From Malacoraja senta (lineage: Eukaryota), in contig CM075977.1 in NCBI GenBank assembly GCA_038087875.1, positions 84,506,001-84,570,000 on the forward strand: a DNA stretch of 64,000 nucleotides, read 5' to 3'. The translations under genes were made by a program, and so were the position numbers. A model generated the notes under the pieces. It did no database searches, had not been told where the DNA came from, and worked only from the letters and a program-made list of their open reading frames with translations. Position 1 is the first letter of the stretch. The number at the start of each line of letters is the position of its first letter. Shown in pieces: positions 1 to 11,840 of the stretch.

Positions 1-1428
1 CTGTCCTACACTTGAAATTAAGATGATTGCCTTGCAGGAGACAAGCCGTCTACTCAAACAACTGAGTATTAATTGTCATACATCAAACCGGAAATTTTTA
101 TTTAAAAATATTTCACACCATTGAGATGGGGAATGCCGGAAGCTTCCACACCAAACTTATGTTGTCACTTGGTACATAAAGCATAGTCAACGACGGCACA
201 CTGACTTGTCTCTCAACAAATCAACATTGGTGTATTCAGGAGAGTCAGCTCTCACAACACTGGTGTTGCCCATAGTGACAGGGCACTCTGTGCTGAGGCA
301 GTTACCATGCTCAGTTCCCAGATGACACTCACGCTAACTGAAACTGAATGAAGTTCTTCCAGATGCAGAGTGTGCTCCATCTCCCAAAGCGCAATATGTC
401 CCCCTGCCATGTGACAGAGGCAGATCTTGCACTCGGCCACAGGTGCCAGACATACCCACTGCCGTGGTCCCCGAGTCCAGTACTGGTGCAGGCTTGAGCG
501 GACAGCATCTCCTCTCCTACACTGCCCACTGCCTTGGGATGCACTGGTAGATTCCTTGTGGAGTCCATGCACACTTCCCAGCTCTCAAGATGGGAACAAT
601 CACAATCACAATAATACTTTATTAGCCAAGTATGTTTTGCAACATACGAGGAATTTCATTTGCCAAGTCAGTCATACAAATAAAAAGCAACAGAATACAC
701 AAAACACATTTTAACATAAACATCCAGCACAGAGACTCCTCCACATTCTTCACTGTGATGGAAGGCGAAAAAAAGTTAAATCTCTTCCTCTTGCCCGCTG
801 ACCTGGCATCAGGTTAAACCTGGCTCAAGTATCGCCACTGCAATGAAAATCATGGGGAGAAATGACCACTAGGAGAGTAGCAAGCACACCTTTCTCTTTG
901 TTGTAACACTATTAGTTTAAATGTACATCATTGCTTTTTAGTACTTGGAGTTCAGTCGTTTTAGTTTAAAATGATATTTTGTTCTTAAACTTTACTTTTG
1001 CTAATAGCTCCCAGATGCACTTGACCACTGTGAATGTCAAAAGAAATGTACAGTCATTTTCTTTCAGCAACAGGTTTGCCAGCTGGTAACTCCTGGGGCA
1101 AGGCTCCACCTGCTGTCGGGCTGAACAGCCAGTTGCACAGGTTCTGCTCTGCACTGAGCTTGCCTGATCAGCTGGCAGTGCCCAGGACCAGCGTAGGTGG
1201 AAGAAGCAATCTGGCCTGAAGCACACAGCCTGTGATGCTGAAGCCACAGACATTCTCCCCACGTTTCAGCTCCGTGGTTTTGAGCAAAATATGGGCAGAT
1301 TAAAAGGCTGCTGAATCTATGCGTCTTTCCTCCATTCTCCTGGGAAATACTTGTTTGCTGATCTCACCATGAGAATTTTAATCTTATTCCTATACATAAC
1401 AACTCTCCTTTATTTCTGTTATCTGTAG

Positions 1429-1503
1429 TTATTTTAGTAGAGATAAAGGAATGAGAAATCAAGGGAAACTGAAGAACAAGAACAGCCATCTCCACCCCTT
1501 CAG
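1429..1503 (+). CDS. SULF1: SULF1 internal exon (hydrophilic domain end), (S)YFSRDKGMRNQGKLKNKNSHLHPF(R); 75 bp, phase 2-2
   Basis: Acceptor ttatctgtag ends at 1428 and donor gtaggt starts at 1504. The translation resembles the vertebrate SULF1 segment ...KLKSHLHPFK, and the phase joins the next exon (ag+g = Arg). Confidence 0.88.
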
Positions 1504-1989
1504 GTAGGTGGGTCTCTGTTGCAGGCCTAGCCTGAGCAGAGATTGTGGACTCGAGGTACAGGACTGGTCGCAGTCTCACTGACTGGTGGCAAGTGCCCTC
1601 GTGCTCTGCTGGTTATCAGTTATTCACATTAGAAAACGTCAACTTTTCTCAAACAAGGGGTAATTGTTCAAAAATTAATTTAAAATAAATTATATTATTG
1701 TTGTTCCCTCTTGGAGCTTCTATTAAAGCAGTGCCCTTGACAAGTGAATGAAACCATTTTCTTTTGCCGACAACAAGTAATGTTAAGGTTATTTTTGTCC
1801 ACTTCTAATGCCATCAAATCCATACCACTTCTTCACAGAAGAACAGCCCCAACCCAAAATATTGCCTGTCCATTCCCTCCACAGATGCTGCCTTGCCTAC
1901 TGAGTTCCTCCAGCACTTTGTGTTTCGCAAGAGTAATCCCTTCTACTTATTCCTTTGTAGCACTAAACTATTCTCACATGCACATCATT

Positions 1990-2182
1990 TCCCCTTTGCC
2001 ACTTACCACTCTGCAGTAATTCACAGTAGCCATTTAGCTAACCTGCATGTCTTTGAGCACCTACAGAAACACATCTAGTCACACGGAGAACATGCAAACT
2101 CTACACAGACAGCACCCAACATCAGGATTGGACATGGGTCTCTGGAGTTGTGAGGAAGCAGCTTTAATTCTGCACCATTGTG
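1990..2182 (-). mobile_element. Degenerate tRNA-derived V-SINE (HE1-like)
   Basis: The reverse complement resembles the tRNA head and V-domain (gtttgcatgttctcc) of the full copy at 15967. Confidence 0.65.
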
Positions 2183-2240
2183 TCATCTACAAGTGTGAAA
2201 ACGCAACTACAAAGTAATCTTCAGTCCTACCCATACCCAG

Positions 2241-2438
2241 AAGGCTGGAGTAACTCCACGGGGCAGGCAGCTTTTCTGGAGAGAAGGAGTAGGTGATGTT
2301 TTGGGTCTAGACCCTTCTTTAGACCCGAATCGTCACCCATTCCTTCTCTCCAGAGATGCTGCCTGTCCCGCTGAGTTACTCCAGCTTTTTGTGTCTATCT
2401 TCGGTTTAAACTAGCATCTGCAGTTCCTTCCTACACAT
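2241..2438. mobile_element. Short Penelope-terminal-repeat-derived hairpin element with 13-bp TSD
   Basis: TSD tacccatacccag at 2228-2240 and 2439-2451; inverted arms gctggagtaactc...gagttactccagc. Confidence 0.8.
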
Positions 2439-2515
2439 TACCCATACCCAGCATTGTTCTGCAGGGATACTTCTCTTTGCAAAATTTGTAAGGGTTTTAT
2501 GTGAGAAATTTTGAC

Positions 2516-2640
2516 GGGCGGGAGAGTTGCACAGCTGATGGAGCTGCTGCCTCCCCGTGCCAGAGACCAAGATTCGATCCTGACCTTGGACGCTGCCTGA
2601 GTGGAGTTTGCACGTTCTCCTTGTGACCACGGGGCTTTCC
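2516..2640 (+). mobile_element. V-SINE 5' fragment
   Basis: B-box-like gattcgatcc followed by gagtttgcacgttctcc. Confidence 0.6.
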
Positions 2641-3039
2641 TATGTGGACAGATAAAGGGAGTTAATGTTTCAGGGTGAAGACCTTTCAACACAAACTTCT
2701 GATGGCAGCTCACACATCTAAAACATTAACTGACGTGACTGCAGTTTCTTTTGCTTTTGTGATGAAGCCTGGAGTACAAGGAATCTACAGAAATAGTTCA
2801 AAGCCTTCAAGAGTCCTGATCCTCTGATGTGCCTGCTGTTCCATGATGCCATCAATCAGGCCAATCAAGAAAAATAGCTTAAGAACATTTGTAAAGAAAA
2901 CCTAAAATCAGAGGTTTCAGAACCAATATCATGCGTAATGCTCAAAATGGCATCTTTTGATGAGGTGGGAATGCTGCTCTAACAGTGTTGTCCAAGATAT
3001 CTACACCTCCACTCATAATCCCATGCTCATTCTCTGCAG

Positions 3040-3212
3040 GGAAGTCGCTCAGGAGGTGGACAACAAGCTCCAACTGTTCAAAGAAAACCGGAGGAAGAAG
3101 AAAGACCGTAAAATAAAGAAGCGGATGAGGAAGGGGGATAGTTGCAGCCTGCCTGGCCTCACCTGCTTCACACACAATAATGAGCACTGGCAGACACCGC
3201 CCTACTGGAACT
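3040..3212 (+). CDS. SULF1: SULF1 exon, [57 protein letters not shown]
   Basis: Acceptor tctctgcag ends at 3039 and donor gtaagc starts at 3213. It carries the basic cluster and the [15 protein letters not shown] motif typical of SULF1/2. Confidence 0.96.
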
Positions 3213-3913
3213 GTAAGCAGAGTTTGTTTCTGTAGAGTACACCTTTAGCATCGCGGTGGAGAACATCCCCCACTCCCCTGTATCTGGTGCAATGATAGTG
3301 TTGTCCAGGATTAGACTAGCTTTCTGTACTTAAACATCCACATCGCTTTAGAACGACACCACACTATATTAATCAGGGCTACAGCTTTACGCAAACTACT
3401 GGGACAGAGAATCACTGGCACTTCAAACTGACCACACAATATGGCCAATCCGATGTGTGATTAAAGAAATGGTTTCTTCGATGAAGCTTGTAAGTCGATT
3501 TACCTTTACATAGCAGCAGCTTGTTGTTACATAGAATAGTGCAGCGCAGGAACAGGCCCTTCAGCCCACAATGGTTGTGCCAAAATGCTGGCCACCTTTT
3601 CACTTCTCATGCAAAAACCAAACTCCCACTAGTAAATACTGCACCAATGTTCACCGTAAAATGGAAGCATTACATGTTAGTTGGTTGTTGGTACTGGGAT
3701 AGAATGTTTTGTGAACCGATTCATTATTTTTTGTAGATTCAGATATACATAAAGATATTCAGATATTCATATGAATTATAAAGTAATAGCATGACACAAC
3801 CTTCCTTGGTTCAACACAGAGGGCAAAGGAAATGTATATCAGGAAAGGTGACCACCCTGTTCATCTTTTCTCTGCCAACGTCTTGCTGCAGCAATCCAAA
3901 TCCAGTCCCATTA

Positions 3914-4465
3914 CATAGAAACATAGGAAACCTGTCCTAGGTGATGCATTAGAAAGCTCTCCCTGTTCCAAGATCCAAACTGGGAACATTTATAACTTAT
4001 AGACAATAGACAATAGGTGCAGGAGGAGGCCATTTGGCCCTTCGAGCCAGCACCGCCATTCATTATGATCATGGCTGATCATCCACAATCAGTAACCCAC
4101 TCCTGCCTTCTCCCCATACCCCTTGATTCGGCTCGCCCCTAGAGCTCTATCTAACTCTCTTTTAAATTCATCCAGTGAATTGGCCTCTACTGCCTTCTGT
4201 GGCAGAGAATTCCACAAATTCATAACTCTGGGTGAAAAGTTTTTTCTCAGCCCAGTTTTAAATGTCCTCCCCTTTATTCTTAGACTGTGGCCCCTGGTTC
4301 TGGACTCCCCCAACACTGGGAACATTTTTTCCTGCATCTAGCTTATCCAGTCCTTTTATAATTGTATATGTTTCTATAAGATCTCCTCTCATCCTTCTGA
4401 ATCCCCTCTCATCCTTCTAAAATCCCCTCTCATCTTTCTAAAATATCCTCTCATCCTTCTAAAAT
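3914..4465 (-). mobile_element. CR1-clade LINE 3' fragment with (ctattgt)n tail, an extra ~70-bp 3' segment and a tandem ~21-bp repeat at the 5' truncation
   Basis: ORF 4089-4337 gives ...ESRTRGHSLRIKG...RVMNLWNSLPQKAVEA...FKRELD, a CR1 ORF2 C-terminus. Confidence 0.9.
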
Positions 4466-5962
4466 GACTTTGGATTCTTCCGTTTACCCAAATATCTGAT
4501 GCTTCTTATGTTTCTTTACTCTTCCCTTAAAGCTGTCAAGGTCTCTGTTCCAATCCAACAAACATTTATCAATGCAAAGATTCCAATATAATTAAAAGCC
4601 TCCGGCAGAGTACTTTGAGACATAATAAAAGTTGATTCGATACCATAGAAGATATTAAATGAGGTGACCAAAGATAAGTCAAAGGGATAATTCTAACTTT
4701 TCCTCCTTAGAGAGAATGGGAGAGAGATGGCGGCCTTTGTAGATTGGGATGTTAGAGCTTAGGGGTTTGTCAATTTGGGCCATGGCCTTCAATGGTGAAA
4801 CGATTAATATCAGCTATGTTCTGGATGGGGGGGGGGGGGGTGAGGAAGGTAGAACTTGAGGAGAGAGATACTCGAGGGTTGGACAGCGGAGATTATGAAG
4901 AAAGGGAAAGGCCAGGGGTGATTTCAAACCAAAGATGACAATCTTAAAGTTGTAGCTTTGCCTAAGTGATTGAGACTTTGGCAATTACCCATCACCCTTC
5001 TCCTTTCCCATGGTAAGCTACATCTATGGCCTACAATCTTTACCTGATTTCCTCTGGTTCCCTCCCATCATACGCTACCAGAAGACACAACAGTACACTA
5101 ATATAATCTGCTCTGCGGTGGTGCTTGCCTCTCTGGATACTGGGGAATTGCCACATTCACCACCTGATCAGAACCAGAGCTCTCCTACTCCCTGGACTAG
5201 TCGATGACAAATTCAACCATTGTCTGTTCCTTTCAGCCCTGGAACTTTCTGCTTCAAAAGTTATCCGGCAATTATGTGCTGAGGAGCATATGCAACTCAC
5301 ACTCTCCAATTAGATTTGATATGATTTAGATCATATCAGAGCAGTCTCTTTACTGTGCAGGTAGAATGTCACAATCATACATTATTGTTGTCAAATGTAA
5401 CACCTTGGAAAAGAAAGTCTTGATATTCCTCAGTGCCAGGATTTCCTAAGCTGGCAACTAGAGATACCTTGAATGGATTGGCTACATTGGGCATGTTCTT
5501 CTGAAATTCAATTCTATCTCTTTCAATGGAATTGGATTTCAGAAGCAGAGTTCAACAATATGCATAGAAAAGAGGACATATTCTAATGCTGTGGCTTTTA
5601 TAAATGAGCAAAAATACGATTTGCAAACTTTTACATGAAGACTTGATTCTTTTAGTTCAGCCTTTATGGTTAAACTTTATGTCCATTTGAGTCAGATATG
5701 CTCAGTTAATTTCATCAGTCCATTATATCGTAAATTCAGATAAAAGACCAAAATAATAAGGGCACATGTTAATGAAATTACGCGTTAATTTTTGATTTTC
5801 AAAATAGTTCATATTTTGAGATTCTATGTCTTTGCACAACAGGACATTTCTCTTTTTGAACTTGCTGGAAATAATATATAACTATGTAGGGAGCAGAAAA
5901 ATAGGTGTTAGTGGATCAAGCACCCATTACATGCCTCAATGGAAAGGAAAGGATGTGGAGGG

Positions 5963-6105
5963 ACACAAAATGCTGGCGTAACGTCTTCAGTCTGAAGAAG
6001 GGTCGTGGATCCTTCTCTCCAGAGATGCTGTCTGTCCTGCTGAGTTACTCCAGCATTTTGTATCTATCTTCGATGTAAACCAACATCTGCAGTTCCTTCC
6101 CATGC
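5963..6105. mobile_element. Short Penelope-derived hairpin element with 14-bp TSD
   Basis: TSD aaggatgtggaggg at 5949-5962 and 6106-6119. Confidence 0.8.
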
Positions 6106-6230
6106 AAGGATGTGGAGGGTCGATATATTTCACCTATTTTCTGCTTTGTTCACTTACCAGTTGGAATGCATTCAGAAATAATGCGTTCTTCAGAGAATAA
6201 CATGACAAACACTGTGCTCTCTCATTACAG

Positions 6231-6373
6231 TGGGTTCTTTCTGTGCATGTACAAGTTCTAACAATAACACGTATTGGTGTTTGCGGACCATCAATGAGAC
6301 TCACAACATCCTATTCTGTGAATTTGCCACCGGCTTTCTTGAATATTTCGACATGAACAATGATCCATATCAA
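6231..6373 (+). CDS. SULF1: SULF1 exon, [48 protein letters not shown]
   Basis: Acceptor ctcattacag and donor gtaagg; highly conserved C-terminal sulfatase segment; phase 1 in, phase 0 out. Confidence 0.97.
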
Positions 6374-7718
6374 GTAAGGAGATTTTATTTTTGTTATCAA
6401 CAATTAAAAATTGTATTAATAATAAGACAATGCAGTTGATGGAAGCCATTGATTGTGTTTATTACTTATAATACCTAGATTTATAGTCCTGATTGTTCCA
6501 TTGCTTTAAGAGAAGACATGAGGGAAGGTGACATTTGCAGCTAACAGTTATTTTGGCAATGAACGTGCCCTAAATTATATTTAATATATCAACAACTTGA
6601 TGGTGCCTAAACACAGTTCTAAGCATCTCATGCAATGGTTGTAGATAGTGGAAAGGGACACCAAAGGGATGGTTAAGAACTCTTGTCATCCATAAAAGTT
6701 AAGGCATGTAGTAGGTTTTTGGACTGGGGCAGAAAATACCTGGTGGAGCAGTAACCATAGAACCTGCAGCTGCTTGAAGGGGTAAATACAACACTGGGAG
6801 AGAAGCGGGGAGTGCAAGTGGGGAAAGACCAGGGAAGTATCTTTAAGCATAAGCAGCATTCATGTGTGTGCTTTTTAAACTGTGATTCTACTGGTTGATC
6901 ATGTGGCACACTAACATTGCAGTAATGTCACATAATCACAGACAGTCTGAAATGTTCAGTCTGCATCAGAACTTCAACGTGTTGAATGTAGTAATATTCT
7001 GCCTAACTAATTAACCATTACTGCTTTGTATGTGTGTCTCAGTGCATTCTTGAGGGTCTTTAAAATTTACACAGAGGATGGTGGTCCATGTGGAATTATT
7101 GAAGAACATTGATAGGTCTCACTGGGCAACTTTCATGCTGTAGCATAAAACTGATTTTTAGCAGTGTTTTCATGCAATCACTTGCATGACAGCTCTTTGG
7201 TCCAAAGCCTTTGCATGTACCGACTAAGTGTACAGCTTAGGAAACCGTAAGGAAAGTGCCATGTTCCGCCATGTCACCATTGTGAGGAAGAACAACATGG
7301 CTGCCTTGGCTGGTTATATTAGGAGCATGCTGTGCTTGTATGCACAGTGCTGCACAATGGGCAGCAGGTACAATTGCCAATCAATGCAAAGATGGGCAGA
7401 ACATGACAGATGAGGAACAAAATCTGTTCCATTGTCATTATAACGAGTTGTCGCGTGAGCAGGCTGGAGCACTCAGTTCATTACTAATTTCTGAGAGGCA
7501 AACGGACATCCAGATAATGAAAATAATTTAGAGAAGAGCTATTATGAACAGAGCACTTCAAAACTAAGGGCCATTGCCAGGAACAAGCCCTTAGGTCAGC
7601 CTCACTCACCTACAGCATGTACAATAATGGGGCATAAACTTACTGCTCAGCGTACTAGAAAATTGTCACTCCCCTTTTTATAAAAGTGTCTGGCTACAAT
7701 ATAAAAAGGATTAGAAGC

Positions 7719-8844
7719 GCATTTCCTCAAGATGTGCGGTATCCAACATACTTGCAATCCACATTTTGAGCGTTGGTATTGGTGTATTTTTCCAAAATTT
7801 CAATATTAATTTTTTTGCTATTATTAAACCATAATTAAAAATTGACTTTTCAGATGAGCTCAATTTGTTCCCGTCTTCCATTACCCCAAATATAATCAAT
7901 TCATTATTGGGTTCCATTTTTGTCTTAAATAATTTTGTAAATATTTCGAAAATATCACTCCAAAATCCATGAAGTTTTATACAAGAAACAAAAGAGTGTG
8001 TTATAGTTGCGTCTTAGGTTAAACATTTATCGCAAATGGGCGATATATTTGGATAAAATTTATTTAATCTTGTTTTTGCGTAATATAATCTATGTAAAAT
8101 TTTAAATTGGATTAGGTTATGTCTTGCGTTAATCGAACACTTGTGAATGTATGTCAAATACTTTTCCCATGTAGCCTTCGTAATTTTTATCAATAATTCC
8201 CGTTCCCACTCTTCTCTAATTACCTCGGTCACAGGTAAATCTATATTTAAGATACTATTATATAAATATGATATTAATTTTTGTGTATCAGCTTTTATAT
8301 TCATTACTTCTTCTAGTAAATCAGGAGTTATTTTTTGATATCCCTGTATGTATGTCTTCAAAAAATTACAAATCTGAAAATATTTAAAATAATGAGTGTT
8401 TTTCAGTTTAAATGTTAATTGTAATTCCTCCTAATAGATAAATTTGACCAATTCATAACGAGTTGGTCTCCATTTGTTGTATTTTTGGAAACATATGGTG
8501 CAAAACAGGTGTAAAAGCTAATCCGTGACTGCGGATGGTCAAGATTATAAATGATCTCCTTCTATTTTCTTTTCTTCTCTTCTCTTCTTTTATTCTCTTT
8601 CTTCTATTTTCTATGTCTCAACTTTCTTTTTTCATTCTTTATTTTTCTTTTTCACACACTATATATCTCACATTTTTCTATTTTTCATTACCTAACTTTT
8701 TTCTTTTTCTTCTTTATTTCAAAAACATTTTTAAATAAGAAGCTGTACATAAAAGGTATTATGAAAATATGATTGTATACAATTGTACTTACTTCTAATA
8801 AAATTAAAATATTTTAAAAAAAATTTAAAAAAATAAAAAATTTA
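7719..8844 (+). mobile_element. L1-clade LINE 3' fragment with 5' inversion (inverted part ~7719-8424, forward part ~8425-8844), A-rich tail and 16-bp TSD
   Basis: Minus-strand ORF2 C-terminal peptides (QFKILHRLY...CDKC...HSFVSC, AHLEEMRF) continue on the + strand as FLLIDKFDQFITSWSPF. TSD aaaaaggattagaagc at 7703-7718 and 8845-8860. Confidence 0.88.
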
Positions 8845-9479
8845 AAAAAGGATTAGAAGCATCTGATTATGACTTCAAATGTTCCAACAAATTTTATTTT
8901 GCTAACCATAGGTTACTGTTGTTATCCCAAACAAAGCAAGTAAACAGTTTTCTTGCAATGGTTGGTTACTCCTGACTATTACATACCTCATGCCTAATGC
9001 TATCCGATCCTATCCGAAACGTCGCCCATTCCTTCTCTCCAGAGATGCTGCCTCACCCGCTGAGTTACTCCAGCATTTTGTGTCCGGCTTTGGTTCTAAA
9101 ATGTCAGTTTTCTGCAGTTAAATGAAATAATTACTGAGTATTCATATGCATATGGTATGAATTTTGGCTACATACGTTTCTCTCAAAATAATTGGTGTCG
9201 TTGCTCTGTGACCCACCTGAAGTACCCCTGCTCATGTGGCAACTCATTATAGTGATAATGGAACAGATTTTGTTCCTCATCTGTCAAATTCTGCCCATCG
9301 TTCAATATCTGTCCATCGAGATAAAGTACACCCCCCTCCCACCCACCCCGCTCTCATAAAGATAAACACAACCATCCTTGGTTCTGGCATGGTATTCATG
9401 ACAATATTGTAATGTGTCTCATTCTTGCAGCCCCTGGTGAAAAGGGAAACTGAATTCTGTTTTGGTTTTCTGGTTTCAG

Positions 9480-9603
9480 CTGACAAATACAATTCACATG
9501 GTTGACCGGGAAATACTTAATCAGTTGCACATACAGCTAATGGAATTAAGAAGTTGCCAAGGACACAAGCAATGCACTCCACGGACCAAGGGGGCAGAAA
9601 CAG
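9480..9603 (+). CDS. SULF1: SULF1 exon, [41 protein letters not shown](G/E); 124 bp, ends in phase 1
   Basis: Acceptor tggtttcag and donor gtaaca; contains the [16 protein letters not shown] motif. Not shown in the ORF track; translated by hand. Confidence 0.95.
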
Positions 9604-10640
9604 GTAACACTTGTAATTCACAGATAGCACACTGATTTGTTCTAAGCTCCCTTCACAGGGAGCCTTCACCTCGCAGTGTGAAATTAATCATAAAACTAAA
9701 TTAATTCCTGGTGTTGTCCTCATATGTCAATTTTCCTGAATGGTATCTTTGCATCAGTGAAATTTAATTAATCCCCTCGTTTTTCCTCATTTTTACCAGA
9801 CAAAATCCTCATGGGAATCTGAAATATTTCTAATGGACTAAAACACTGCAGCACACTTTATTCAAAAGCCCCATAAAGATTATATTTTGACAAAGGTGAT
9901 CCTATCTTGAGAGTCCAATGTAGAACACAATGTCACATGGAACTTGACAGAACAGAACACAATTGGACACACACGATTACTTGTTTTTTTAAACCTGCTG
10001 GTCCACTTTATGTTTTCCTGTCAGATATAAAAAATTACACATTTTCTGCTTTCATTTTCAAAAATATTTAATTCTTGCTGTACATCTCAGTATCTAAATG
10101 TTGATAGTTATTAACAGTGGGAAAAGTATAATTACAGACATTTAACTGCAAGGGAGCAGTCATCTAAATGTCACTTTTTAAATCAGTTAAAAGAACACAG
10201 AAGCTTTCGATTGACATTGACACTTTTGATTTGGGATAATTCATGAAAGCCTTTGTTTTTTGCCCTGAAGCAGCCGGCAAATCCAGACTAATAATCCCAA
10301 TGTTCAGTTTGTATTTTCTATGATTGCAGAGCCTTGAAATCAGATTGATTTTAAAAAAATAAGTGGTCAACGTATTTTCTGCAACTAATTTAATGAAGAA
10401 TTTCATTAAATTCATTTAGCTCTCCTTTTCAACAAGAATGTGTCATATTTTTAAATTGCCCAAGTGTGTAGGCGAATGATAGAAACTGGCTTTTGTTGGT
10501 TGGGGTTTGTTGAAAATGCGAGCAAATACAATGGGATTCATGTAGGATTACTGTAAAAGGGTGATTGACGATCAACGTGGAATCAGTGAGCCGAAATGGG
10601 TTTCTCTCCATGACTCTTGTGGAAATTATATAAAGTGTAA

Positions 10641-11387
10641 AGGGCCTGTCCCACTAACGTGACTTTTCAGCGACTGTCTTCGACCTTCAAGCTCGAGGGC
10701 ACTCACCTGAAAAACCTCGAGCTGGATCGACCGTCAGCAATGAAACCGCGAGCTGGATCGACCAACCGCACACACACGCACAAACACATCGCAAAGGCGG
10801 GGGCCAGGGAAAGCGGGGGAGCGCTGTCTGAAATTCACATGGTGCAAAGCCAAGGTGACACCCGCGATGAACAGGAAGGTAAAGGATGGCTGGCACAGTT
10901 ACTGTAAGTCCTTTAGAGAACGTGGAGAGGGGAGAGAAGGGGGGAGAAGGGGGAGAAGGGGGGGAGAAGGAATGGAGACACTTTTTAAGAATCCAGACAA
11001 CTTATAATAAAGTTTAGCGGGCATTTAAATTACCGGTCGGTTTTCCTTGGTTCTGAAAACTCCAATGAGCCAATTAAAATGCTCGGTCAGCAAAGGAGAT
11101 TGCCTACGGTTGCCCTCGACTGCCTATAACTACATAGCGACCCCACTCCACTGCACTACGAGTTCAAAAGAACAATGCCGAACAATTTTTACTTGCGGAA
11201 AAATTTTCGGCATGCTGTAAAATTTTCCTCGACCAAACTGAGGCCGCGAGTAGGAGGAAACTTCCCTCGAGCATGAAGGAGAATTACAGTGACCTCCTAG
11301 GACCACGTGTCGACCATGCTGTGAGTTTGAGTCGAGCGCAAATTCGTCTAAACTCGCAAATTAGGTTGCCGCAGTGGGACAGGCCCT
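10641..11387. mobile_element. Non-autonomous PIF/Harbinger DNA transposon (MITE)
   Basis: Perfect 15-bp TIRs agggcctgtcccact (10641-10655) and agtgggacaggccct (11373-11387), TAA on both flanks; CpG-rich interior. Confidence 0.88.
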
Positions 11388-11840
11388 TAAGAAAGTGAAA
11401 CAGTGCAATAATATATACAGTTATTTGGTAGCATCAAGCTCACCCTATTGTTGAAACAGGTTAAAATGAGGCACACATGTGATGTCAAGGAGGTAATTTT
11501 GACATTTGATCACACAAGATTGGTAATGGAAAACTGCTCACCCATTTTATAGCTTTCCCAATGTTTATTTTTATTGAAGCCACTGGGAATATGGTCAGGA
11601 GTGATTGATACGAGCTGCCGTTTTTCTATCAGCCCTTTTACACATTCATTCAAAGTCAAAATTTACCAACATAGTCTTGTATATGATTTCACTGCTGATA
11701 AAGTATATACAACAGCTTATTTTCTAAACTGATCTAGTTTACAATGAAACAAGGTGGCAGTTGTTCTCCCTTTTAGTTTGGATATACAAGCCATGTTCTC
11801 CTGGTTATTTCTCATGTCAAAGGTTACTTTTCCTTTCTAT

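Noticed and set aside
252-714. GC-richer stretch with ~80-106-aa ORFs at the window start, considered as an upstream SULF1 exon
   Set aside because: No SULF1-like translation or compatible splice phases were found.
8535-8772. Phe/Leu-rich membrane-like ORFs (also 18776-18994)
   Set aside because: These translate the pyrimidine-rich L1 3'UTR.
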